NCBI GenBank assembly: GCA_009859145.1
Contig: VRVR01000021.1
Span: forward strand, 20,001-268,000
Length of the DNA: 248,000 nt
DNA from: Andalucia godoyi And28
Lineage: Eukaryota > Protista > Jakobida
Reading direction: 5' to 3'
Both the position numbers and the translations under genes were made by a program. The notes under the pieces are model-generated. The model did not search any database and was not told the DNA's origin. It worked only from the letters and a program-made list of their open reading frames with translations. Each line of letters begins with the position of its first letter. The first letter of the stretch is position 1. Shown here in pieces: positions 199,975 through 210,600 of this stretch.

Positions 199975-201405
199975 ATGGAGTACTGCATTGCTGCATGTTC
200001 TCTTGATTCCACGCTGTGCATTATGGATCCAGTGTCGGGAACGGTTTTATCGACGCTGCAAAAAGGACCAGTTGCGAATGAAAACGTGCTGGTGCAAGTT
200101 GGCCGCTACATTCTGACTGCGCAAGGCTCGACTCTCACATGTCATCTCACACCGCCACTTGATCGGCAGCTCGATGCTTTAGATCCCGAGTCGTTTCAGC
200201 AGAGCAATGCTAACAACTTCAGCAGCAGTAATGGTAACAGCAACAGCAACAGCAACAGCAACAGTAGCAGCAGTAGTAGCAGCAGCAGCAATGCCAATGA
200301 CCTGTTATCGGATCCGACGTTTCAATGGAAATCGCACGTACAGGAACCGATTACCGCGCTTGCAGTGACTTCGGATGCGTCATTTGTTATTGGGGGCTCG
200401 CACACTGGGAAGGTATCGATCTGGATGGCCGCAACAGGCAGCCTGCTTGTCGTTCGTCACGTGCATTCGCGAGAAATCACGTCGATAAAGTGCAGCGATG
200501 AAATTGTGTGGAGCGGGTGCATGGATGCGACAGTGAAACAGCACTCGATTTCGCAGTTGCTGTTGGATAGTATAGTGAACCCGCTGCGAATTCTCTCGCA
200601 GCATACGCTTGGAATCAAGTCGCTGCAGTATTCGAATGGGTGGCTGGTGTCGGTTGGTGCCGATCGACAGGTGCATGTGTGGTCCGAGAGAGAATCGGCA
200701 GAAGTGGTGTCGTTCAGTTTGCCAAGCCAAGGAACATGTGCCGCGCTTTCCGCAGATACACATACGTTGGTCGTCGGTTCCGTTACCGGCGCAATGTTTG
200801 TGATTCAATTATATCCTTTTCCGCCAGCAGTTTCCGATGAAACTGTGACGTCCGTCGATGGCCACTCGGCACAGGTCACGTCTCTCCAGTTTAACGCACT
200901 TGGAAACCGACTGATCTCGTCGTCACAGGATGGTTCGGTGCGGCTGTGGGACACTCATTCGTGGACGTGCGTAGTGTCCCACGACATGCGAAAAAACGCA
201001 GTCACCGTAGCGCGCTTTCTGGATGTGTATCCCACATCCGAGGAGACAGAAGATGAAAACCCGGTGCTTGGAATGCTGCAAAAGTACCCTTTGGAGGCCG
201101 ATGCAGAAATCGATGCGTCTGCCGTGCTGGGTGCCGAAAGCGACGAATCGGTGGCCCAGCTTCTGAGGGAACTGCGCATGCTCGGAGGAGACGTCGGTGA
201201 TCTCCAGCTCGACTCGGTTCTCCAGCAAATCGGAGGTGGAGCGTTGGACGACTTTTCCTTCGAGGATGAAGACGTCCGGGACGAGCTTGAGGAGTCTCGG
201301 CAGCAAGGAAAGGCGTTGTATGCAGAGTGTGTGCACGAGCTTCTCGATGTCATCAAGCTTACTCGGCAGCCCTCGGCTTCCTCCTCCGCTCGTCGGAAAT
201401 TGTAA
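199975..201405 (+). CDS. WDR18: WDR18/Ipi3 WD40 protein
   Basis: IGGSHTGKVSIWMAATGSLL..HSREITSI, SSSQDGSVRLWD. Confidence 0.75.
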   Translation: MEYCIAACSLDSTLCIMDPVSGTVLSTLQKGPVANENVLVQVGRYILTAQGSTLTCHLTPPLDRQLDALDPESFQQSNANNFSSSNGNSNSNSNSNSSSSSSSSSNANDLLSDPTFQWKSHVQEPITALAVTSDASFVIGGSHTGKVSIWMAATGSLLVVRHVHSREITSIKCSDEIVWSGCMDATVKQHSISQLLLDSIVNPLRILSQHTLGIKSLQYSNGWLVSVGADRQVHVWSERESAEVVSFSLPSQGTCAALSADTHTLVVGSVTGAMFVIQLYPFPPAVSDETVTSVDGHSAQVTSLQFNALGNRLISSSQDGSVRLWDTHSWTCVVSHDMRKNAVTVARFLDVYPTSEETEDENPVLGMLQKYPLEADAEIDASAVLGAESDESVAQLLRELRMLGGDVGDLQLDSVLQQIGGGALDDFSFEDEDVRDELEESRQQGKALYAECVHELLDVIKLTRQPSASSSARRKL

Positions 201406-201678
201406 TTCTCTACTTCTTGCATTCTTGTTATGATTTTTACCCGTTGTTATTCTCGCCGAGTATATTGAAGAAATGAAAAACAAAAAGGAACAGAGAACCC
201501 CCGTTGTTCGTGTGTGCAATATGAAACGTAAATCCAATGGGGAAGATGAACAATCGTTAAACAGGGAGAGGATTTTCACGACTATGTTACTGTTTATGGG
201601 ATTCTGAGGATCCCATTGTAAGAACGAGAGTGTGGTGTTGAGATATGAGTGAGTGAGAGGGACATGAATGTGTATATA

Positions 201679-201710
<32 letters not shown>

Positions 201711-201768
201711 TGTGTGTGTGTGGATATGCGGGAATGGGGGAGTGTGCGAGACTGTCTGCAGCAGCTGA

Positions 201769-202170
201769 TCATGACTTTGGAGGGGCATTGGCCTCGGCTT
201801 GCTGCTGCTCCCTTGCAAAGAATTCTTCGAGATTCCAATTATTTTCCTTTTCGATTGTTTCTCGAGCCCTGTAGATCTTGGATTGAATGTAGAACGAGCC
201901 TCCTTTTGACGGTTCGTTTGCATTGAACATGCGTTCATAGACCTTGGCCGCATCCTGTGCCGTTGCATTATCCTTGAGCCCCAGCACCGACTTTGCTTCC
202001 TCGAGATTCATCGGTCGTGGTCTCAATCCACGCATGTGCGACGGTCCAGCGACTTGAAACCCGCCCGATGCACGCACATGCCGGAACGCATCCACCGCAG
202101 ACTTTAGGACAATCCCCCCACCAATCACAAGAACTCGCGCCAGCAGTCTCCCAATGAACGGATTCGACAT
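201769..202170 (-). CDS. PAM16: Mitochondrial import motor subunit Pam16/Tim16
   Basis: MNLEEAKSVL, YERMFNANEPSKGGSFYIQSKIYRA. Confidence 0.93.
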   Translation of the reverse strand: MSNPFIGRLLARVLVIGGGIVLKSAVDAFRHVRASGGFQVAGPSHMRGLRPRPMNLEEAKSVLGLKDNATAQDAAKVYERMFNANEPSKGGSFYIQSKIYRARETIEKENNWNLEEFFAREQQQAEANAPPKS

Positions 202171-202491
202171 TGGAAAAGCCTAAGACACGCACAGCCGAAA
202201 GAAACAAGAAACAAGAAACAAGAAACAAGAAACAAGAAACAAAAGAACGCCATAAACAACAAAACCAAAGCTTGGAAAAATGCGAATTGCGATCCTCTTC
202301 CTCACTACTGCATAGAGGCGCCTCAAGTTCATCTGTTTATTTCGCGCTCCCTCAGCATTGAAAGCTGACTGTAGTACCATTTGTTTTTTCATTCCTTTTC
202401 TTGTTGTTATCAACGTTCCTTTTTTAAACAGTAAAGTATTTATACTATACGAACCCTTTAAAATTACAACAATAAATATATTTAGAAAGCG

Positions 202492-203796
202492 GTGAGAGGG
202501 AGCGATGTGATGAAGGATCTTATTGTGGGAGTGGAGACGTCGTGTGACGACACGTGTGTCGCAGTGATGAGCATGGAGTCGGGTGATGTCCTGTATGAAT
202601 CGCGAGTGTCGCAAGAGCATTTGAACGAGCGGTTTGCAGGAGTGAAGCCAGATGCAGCGGCCAAAGAACATTCCCGTGTCTTGGACTCCATTCTCGTAGA
202701 AGCACTGCGTAGAAGCAGCATTGGAACAGCATATAATGGTAATGGCAACGTCACTGACGACAGGACCACTGTCAGTGGCTATCATGGCGACTCAGAGAGC
202801 GGGCGGGAGGGTGCTTCGTCCGTTTCAGTGTTAGACAGTGCGCTGGCGAACCAAAGTCTGTTTTCTGTGCTCAGAGAACGAGTTGCGGCGGTTGCATATA
202901 CAAGAGGACCGGGTCTTGCAATGTGTTTAGCCGTGGGTGCGTCGTCATCGCGCACTTTGGCTTCGCGTTTGCAAGTTCCCTTGTTCCCTGTGCATCACTT
203001 GGCTGCGCATTTGCTTGTTCCACGGTTGTTTTCACGGTCGATTGCATTTCCATTTCTTGGATTGCTGGTATCAGGAGGCCACTGTCTCGTCGCAATGAGC
203101 CGCTCGCCTGCAAAACACGAGGTTCTGGCGGAAACCATGGATGATGCTCTGGGTGAAGCGTTCGACAAGACGGCCCGTTTGCTTATGCTTCCGCATCCTC
203201 ACAACGGCCAGACCCTCGAACGGGAGGCGCTGAAGGCCACTGATCCGGAGAAGTTTCTGTCACGCATGCCGCTTCCATTGAGGAACACGCCTGCCACGAA
203301 GGCATTCTCGTTTGCAGGACTAAAGACGAGTATGCTGCGATTGGTGCTCGAGCTGTCTGGACAGAAGCAAAAGGATCATATCCGACTGTCGCAAGTTGCA
203401 GCATCTGCGCTTTCCATTGAAGACCGCAGGAACCTTGCTGCGGCCTTTCAGACCGTTGCGACGAAGCATGTGGTCAGACAGGTCGGTTCGGTGATGGATG
203501 GCATTCCGTTCAGCACAACAAGGCAGCTCATTGTTTCGGGCGGTGTCGCTTCGAACCAGTTTCTGCGGTCCAGTTTGGAAGCATTGTGTGAGGATCGGGG
203601 ATGGAAAGTTGATTTCCCTCCACCGCCAGTCTGTACGGACAATGCAGTGATGGTGTGTTGGGCAGCAAGAGACATGAAGAAGGAAATGGCATGGACAGGA
203701 TGGGACGGCCAAGTTGCGGATGCCCGGTTCGCGGCTGGAAAAGGAATTCAACCGCGGTGGTTTGTGGAAGATTGGGCGAGTTTCAAAGATCTCTGA
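202492..203796 (+). CDS. OSGEPL1: t6A synthase TsaD/Qri7 (mitochondrial type)
   Basis: GVETSCDDT, GPGL, HHLAAH, LVSGGH, DDALGEAFDK, SFAGLK, CTDNAVM. Confidence 0.92.
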   Translation: MRGSDVMKDLIVGVETSCDDTCVAVMSMESGDVLYESRVSQEHLNERFAGVKPDAAAKEHSRVLDSILVEALRRSSIGTAYNGNGNVTDDRTTVSGYHGDSESGREGASSVSVLDSALANQSLFSVLRERVAAVAYTRGPGLAMCLAVGASSSRTLASRLQVPLFPVHHLAAHLLVPRLFSRSIAFPFLGLLVSGGHCLVAMSRSPAKHEVLAETMDDALGEAFDKTARLLMLPHPHNGQTLEREALKATDPEKFLSRMPLPLRNTPATKAFSFAGLKTSMLRLVLELSGQKQKDHIRLSQVAASALSIEDRRNLAAAFQTVATKHVVRQVGSVMDGIPFSTTRQLIVSGGVASNQFLRSSLEALCEDRGWKVDFPPPPVCTDNAVMVCWAARDMKKEMAWTGWDGQVADARFAAGKGIQPRWFVEDWASFKDL

Positions 203797-203943
203797 GACC
203801 CCCGCAAGCCAAATTTACCCCAAAGCACAGCACATCACAGAACAAAAATGAACGCAGCAATGTTTTGGTATTAAGAGGGAGGAGGGAGGCGGGAGGCGGG
203901 AGCGGTTGTTTCCATGTTGCACTCTTCGGGAGGGGAAATTTTA

Positions 203944-205282
203944 CTACTGCTTTGCGCGAATCTTGACGATTGCTGCAACTTGTGTGGACATGGCAACAGA
204001 TTGATTATCTTGGAAGTTGGCCGCATTCTGTGCCAACGAGTCCTTGTCATACAGATAATTGACCATCCAGCCAAAGGATTGCCGTTGACCATTTTCGCTA
204101 AGATCCGCCATCGAGTTCAATCTCCAGAGAACCGCACCATTTGCACAATGGAACCTCATGACGGGGTCCTTCTTCTGAACAGCGAGATACTCGGCAACAA
204201 CGACGGACTGTTCACCAAACGTCATGCTCGAGAAATCAATCTCCTTGGCCCTCAAGTATGGTGCCAGAGTCGGAATAGGCGACAGTGTGCTCATTTTAGT
204301 GACATTTGCAAAGTCTGCGGCGTCATCGAACCGTGACGAGTACACCATCTTTTTCAGCAAGATGTTCCCCATATCCATTCCCTTCAGTCCCTTGTGGGGC
204401 GAGTTGATGGAGTAGAAGATCGCACAAGGATTCGTGATGTCGCAATTCCGCGTATTCGCAGCCTCGTATATGCCGTCGTCGAAGATATCCTTCATGGAGC
204501 TTGCAACGTCTGGCACAAACGCAACGCTGACGAATGCCAGTGGATCCTTCATGGAATCCGAAGTCAGCATGTAGATTCGCCTGTTTCGTCCGCATGCTCG
204601 GATCTCTACATCCTGCACGTCACGGAACTTGTGCACGGATTCATTGGCCATAACGAACGCCGTCCATGATCTCCATTTTTCATCATTGTTTCTGTGCCGA
204701 GTGAAGCTCTGAACTCGCAACACTGCGGGAGACAACCAATACGAAAAGAGCGTATCGAGCGACCTTTTGAGGGTTTCCATCTCTGGAACAGCACTCATGT
204801 TATTCTAGATAAATCGAACATGACAGCGAGAATCCGGCAAGCCCATTTTTCCCCTCCGCGGAATAGCCAAAGACAAACCAACGGAGCAACGGAGAAAAGA
204901 GAAATTAGAAAAACGCACACGCACACACGCACACACGCACACACACCAAGACCAGCAAGCAAAGCGTAAGCAATCAAAACACAAACACACATACAAGCAC
205001 AGTATTTCGCAATTGAATCAGAGAATCCAGTCCTTGATCACTTGCCAACTGTTGAAATAACAAGATATGGTCCTTTTCAGGAAACTCCGACGCAAGACTG
205101 GCCAAGAATGCCGCTTTGGTACGTTCATTCGCCGCGGAATACTGAATCTGCAACGATTTTACAGAATCGGTGGCGATTCCGGCAGGCAAATGTGGGTATT
205201 TTGTGAGTGCATCACGAACCAATCCAGTGGATATGGAAGCCATTCGTCGTTGCATCCCAAACCGCACAGCACCACGAAGCAT
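203944..205282 (-). CDS. MLYCD: Malonyl-CoA decarboxylase, mitochondrial, spliced
   Basis: ESVHKF, PLAFVSVAF, AIFYSIN..GLKGMDMGN.L.K, TLSPIP, DPVMRFHCANGA, MVNYLY. Confidence 0.9.
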
Positions 205283-205392
205283 TGCCTCCTTTCCTTCCTT
205301 CCTACCTACCTTCCGTCTTCCCTCTCGTACTTGCGACTCGCGATCCCCCGCGACCCCGTGACCCCACCGCGTTGAGGACGTGACAGATCCAA

Positions 205393-205837
205393 CGGCTGAC
205401 CGTTTTGTGTTTGAACATCCAACAACCAACATCATACCAGATGTTGTTTATCTTACCCTTTGGAGACGCGATTCTCTTACCGTAGTCAAATCCAGAATTT
205501 CTTCATTCTTCACTTTTTATTCATACTTTCTATTTCTTTTCTGTTGTTTATTATAATCGAACCTTCAAGCAGAACCTCCTCGTCAGAGACAAAACATCTC
205601 ATGGCTCCAAAGAGGAATCCTCCCGACAAACTCAAACCGGCCATGCTCCGAAGATAGCGAGAACCAAGAAACCCGTTGATCCCCTCTCGTCGGCGGCGGA
205701 GAGCAAGAAGAAGAAGAAGTGACCCCTCTGATGTAGAGCAATCTGCATTAAAGAGCTGGTGTTCGCCCCCAAATTAAAAAAAAAGCTCATGTGGCTTGGA
205801 GTGACAGCTTAGCCGACGGTCAATAATGATTCATCGG
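205393..205837 (-). mobile_element. MITE-like element family C copy 6
   Basis: TTGACTACGGTAAG motif, right end CAAAACGGTCAGCCG; abuts Fz-D copy 4 head to head (CGG|CCG). Confidence 0.75.
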
Positions 205838-206222
205838 CCGTTGCCACTAATTGCGATATGATGAAGCAATCCAAAGCGCGCGCAAAGAAAAAAACACTGC
205901 CACGCGCCGTGCGTATGCGTATGCGCATGCGTTTGCTATCTTGACAACTCCGTCACACGATGCCCGATTCGTTTCGCCCCATTTTGATCATGAAGTCCCA
206001 ATAAACACGTCGCCGCGTTGCATTCTCGCACAGCGACGCTCATTTCATTTTCTTATTGTTATTGTCCATGCAACGCAACATCTATCTTGGGAACGTCGCT
206101 CATGCCGAGGGACGTGTTGGGGCCTACCCCCTTCCCAATCATGCTATGCATGTTGTTGGGTTGCAACATTGATTATGGGTGATCAGCGATGATTATCCGT
206201 GGATTAGTGCACAATGTAGGCG
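205838..206222 (+). mobile_element. Fanzor2/IS607-like element, family Fz-D copy 4
   Basis: CCGTTGCCACTAATTG left end; deletion junction GCAAC into RNIYL remnant; full right end. Confidence 0.85.
206113..206222 (+). ncRNA. Candidate Fanzor omegaRNA scaffold (best preserved)
   Basis: TGTTGGG-GCCTAC-..-CCCAATCA stem-loop; GCCTAC complementary to terminal GTAGGC; 18-19 nt-arm hairpin. Confidence 0.7.
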
Positions 206223-206456
206223 CAAGAAAACAGCAGGACTTCGGAAACAGACCAAGAGCGTCGATCGGTGTCGACTCTCGCTGCACGAATTCTGCGGAAT
206301 CGTTTTTTCGTTTGAATGTTTTGCTTTAAATATTTCTTTTAAACATTTTAAATATTTGCTTTTGCGCAGTTATTATTTATTTTTGAGGGGGGTTTTGATA
206401 CAGTGGGAAAACGCGCGAACAAAGAAGAAAGAAAGGAAAAAAAAAAAAAAAGAAAA

Positions 206457-207437
206457 ATGTTTTCGTTGTTTGTTGTGGGATTCATAAAGACGCCTTTTCG
206501 AGAGCGAAATGGGACTCCAAGGCAGTCGTTGCTTGCTCCGGCTGTGCGATCGACGCTTAAGATTCTTCCGCAGTGGCACGGAATATCCTCTCTGGATGGC
206601 TTGGAATCGTTTTCTCATTGTTGGGTTGTTTTTTTGTTCGATCGAAATACCAACGAGGCGAAGAGATCTGGTTCAGAATCGATGGTTCAGACGCTGGATC
206701 CACGACTCGGTGAACCGACGTCCGCAGAGAAATCCTATTCGGACGCACCGACTGCGGGTCTTGTGACGGACACTGTAAAACAGCCTGTGATGTCCATTCC
206801 AGCAAAAGTGTCGCCACCAAGACTTGGTGGAAAGAAGGTTGGGTTGTTTGCGACACGGACGCCGCATCGACCAAATCCAATCGGCCTTTCACTTGCTCGG
206901 ATTGAAAGGCTCGATTTACTGACCGGCACGTTGCACTTGTCTGGACTGGATTTGTGCGACGGTACTGCAGTCCTGGATATCAAGCCGTACCATCCGCAAG
207001 ATAGGATAGAAAGCGCAAAGTTCCCCGAGTGGGTACTTGCAGATACGCGAACGAATGTCGCTACGGAGGCGTCCATGAACGAACTCGAGTTTGCAAGTTG
207101 GGTGTCGGACGACGCTGCATCTGCCCTGAGCATGATTGAGTTCAAGCCGTCTGTGAATTCAATTGTCCGAATTCCAAAGTCGGTGATTCTGAAAATCCGC
207201 GGTTGGCAGCCAAACTCGCAGTTCTACAGTGCCACAGGCCACAGAGATCTCTATGCGTTGGTGTTGTCAGTCGCACAAGTCCTTGCCTGCGAAATTCGGC
207301 CTGTGCACGTGCGCAAACAGCGGTCTGACCAGACGTTTGGTTTGTGGTTTGACTGTTTTAATTTTCTATTTAGAACCAATGCAGACAGCGTGGATGTCGC
207401 GGACGTGGAACTTTGGATCGACGCGAAACAGCGATAA
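206457..207437 (+). CDS. TRMO: tRNA m6t6A37 methyltransferase TrmO/TsaA
   Basis: GFIKTPF..NGTPRQ, GLESFSHCWVVF, GLFATRTPHRPNPIGLS, DGTAVLDIKPY. Confidence 0.93.
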   Translation: MFSLFVVGFIKTPFRERNGTPRQSLLAPAVRSTLKILPQWHGISSLDGLESFSHCWVVFLFDRNTNEAKRSGSESMVQTLDPRLGEPTSAEKSYSDAPTAGLVTDTVKQPVMSIPAKVSPPRLGGKKVGLFATRTPHRPNPIGLSLARIERLDLLTGTLHLSGLDLCDGTAVLDIKPYHPQDRIESAKFPEWVLADTRTNVATEASMNELEFASWVSDDAASALSMIEFKPSVNSIVRIPKSVILKIRGWQPNSQFYSATGHRDLYALVLSVAQVLACEIRPVHVRKQRSDQTFGLWFDCFNFLFRTNADSVDVADVELWIDAKQR

Positions 207438-207686
207438 TTCATCAATTCGTGTAATTTAAAAATGAACAGGAAAAACGAAAACCAGAAAAGAGACGTGCTC
207501 ACTCCTCTTCTCTCTGTCATTAAAAAAAAAAAATGAATTCTGTCATTGCTGCGCAGGCCTCTCGTTTCTTTTGAAAACAACGTTTGGTGCATTTTTCAGC
207601 TTTTCTTCTTTCGGTTCGTGAAAAGGGCGATAGAGGGGGAGAAGAAGGAGAAACGTCGAAGCTGGAGTGTGCTTTTACAACCACAA

Positions 207687-210600
207687 CTATTGAGGATTAG
207701 TGGACAACGGAAGGGAAATTCGACGCGGTTCAGGGTTGGTAGGGGTTGGAATGGAGGGCCTGCGTTGTTCAGTGGTGGCGGTCACCACTCCAGGAGCATT
207801 GATCAACGGCTTGGTGGAGACGTCAATGGACGAAGGCACACTCGACGCGCGCTCGCGCTCGGAACCAGAAGGAGCGAAGGCGGGCGCAGGCTGGGGTGGG
207901 AGTGGCACCGGGTACACAGGACCCCCTGAGCTCGACGCGGGCAAAGAGAGACCGCTAGTAGCAGGAGTTGCGAGATCGGCCGTCACCGCAGATGAAGGAT
208001 ACCAATTTGTTGTGGACGGCATGCCAACGGGAGCAGAATGTGCAGGTGACATCATGGTTGGGTTCGAGTGGATTGGAATGCTCTGCGCAACAGCTGTGGC
208101 GTTTTGCAATTTCTGTTCCATCTTTTGGACATGCGGTACTGGAGGGAGCCACTCCGGAACTGAGGAAGCCCCCGATGTCGTGCGAACTACACGAACAGAA
208201 TTCTGGGTCTGAAGCGAATGCATCTCGTTGATCACATCTTCCACCCACAGACATCCACGGAGTCTCGCAAACTCCTTTCCCCACTGGCGAGAAACGTGCA
208301 TGGAATCCAGAACGGAACGCTCCGCATTCTCGCGCAGCCGCTCATACTGATCTTTGCGCTCGTACACTCTCATGCAACGATCAACACAGTTGATGAAGTC
208401 TGCAACACGATACCCCAAAAACAGGAAGCCGTTGCCACGTTCGGAGTCCACGTCAAACTCGGAAACAGTGTCCTTCAAACCGCCGGTGGCAAATGCAACA
208501 ACAGGGGTCCCAGCTGCAAAATACTCTTGCTGTACTTGGCCTCCAGGCTCAAACAACGATGGCATCAGTCCAAAGTCTGAGCCGATGTTGACAAGAGGGC
208601 CATCGGCGAAGAACGCATCGGGATCGCACCAGAACTGGTTCGGAAATAGAGACCGAAGGGCACGCATCCGTGCCCCACAGCGAGCCGCATACGGATCCGT
208701 ATAGTTCGCCTGTCCGCCGATGATGATCATCAGCTTTCCACTGTAAGTGTACATCAAATGCTCGACAGCATCCACGATGAGATGCACTCCTTTTTGCTCC
208801 GTGATTCTGCCGACAAAGGAGAACACGGGCACAGACGGCTCCGAACGTCCAAAATACTTCTTTTGGACAATTTCTTTGGCTGCCTCATGAGAGGGAGCAA
208901 TCTTGGCCATCTGCGCACGACGCACAGCAACACGGATTCCGTTTGAATACGCAAAAGGACGGGCATACTTCCGGAGAACATACGCGTAGGATGACGACGA
209001 CAGCAGATCGTTGCGATACGACAGCGATACGGTTCCCCACTGATCACTCATTCTGAGCGCCGCCCGCGATGAGTCAATACACCTGATGTAGGGGTCCCAC
209101 ACCACATCGTCCGGCAGCTGATGAATCCATCCAAAGTGATCATCCGCGGCATGCAAGTGGGCCTCTGGATAGATGCGACCCTGGTAGCCCTCTTCGAGAT
209201 TGTGGACGACATGCATCAGCGTGGCGCCGCGGAACGACGAGCCGTAATATCCGAGTTTGGTATACGCGGCTACCAACCCCGATGGCCAATCATGGGTGAC
209301 GATTACTGCGGGAAGAATGTGCTTCTGGCACAACGTCTCCAGAGCTGCGCGAGCCAGTAACACCACCGTTCGACACTGGTCCATTGCCCTCCCCGATCGG
209401 TAAGCGACTGGAAAGATATCAGCATGGTGAAGGAAGTAATAATGCACATTGTTGCGGTGCACGTAGTGAAGCCCGACGTTGACGGTATCGAATCCAACGT
209501 TTGTCTGGATGATGCTGTCCAGGAAGATCCCGTCTTCTTTCAGGTAATCCGTCTTTCCGGCATTGTTCTTGTTGTAGTACGGACTTAGCACATGCACTTC
209601 CAGTCCCATAGAAGCGAGATCCTGGGCCAGTGCATCCACCATCACAGCAACACCGCCAATCTTGGACCATGGAGCGATTTCCGGAGTAACCATGACAATG
209701 GAACCAAGCTTGTTGCGCTCAAGCAGAGATCGACACACGTCAAATACAACGGTGTCGATGCCTTGCTTGTTCAGTGCTGCGGATCGAAGATACGACGCAA
209801 CCACCACTTCCTTTGCTGTTTCTTGCTGAACTGCGTGGAACAATACTCGGTGCAACACAGCGGGGAGCAAGTCCCGTTCCAACGGTGGAGTCAGGACGGA
209901 TGCATAGCGCTTAATGAGATCGAAGAACTCGTCAGATCTGTTTCTGTCCTGCAGAGCCTTCAGAACATTCTTGTAAAAGTGGTGGCTTGGCAGCGCATGG
210001 TCCTGGCATTCCAAGCATCTGCGAAGGGATGATTCCACCACAAGTCGACGAGAAGACACAGTGTCCTGCATTGGCGACACAAGGAGACAAAGAGAGGAAG
210101 AGGGCGTTACCTGGAACGTAATCGGCTTCATATCGACACCGCTGAGTGCAACGATTTCCTCGCCATAGAAGTATTCGACCTTGCCCTTTGGTTCTACTCG
210201 GGAGACGGAGTACATTTCATCCGATCGCACGACCGCAGATTTTGGAATCGACAACGGTACCCAGTGCGCATCCGACGGAGACATGTTCACGGCGCAGAAG
210301 CACATTTCTCCCGTTGCTCTAATCCATCGGATAAAACATGCTATCTGATGAGGATTCGGCGAAGGCACAAACTCAAGCTCCCCCTTCAGCAAAACATCGT
210401 AGCGTCTCCGCAAACTCGTTCGCGAAACAACGTATTCCTCTAAAAACTGCTGAGAAAAAGACACATTCATTCGATGCCGTCGACCAGTAGTGATGTCGAC
210501 GGAAAAAGGAAAAGTATCCAGTTCGATGGACGAGGTGCAGGGAACCCAAGGCAGCAGATACATGAGATCCAGCATTGTCCACGGATGAGAGGAGTTCAGC

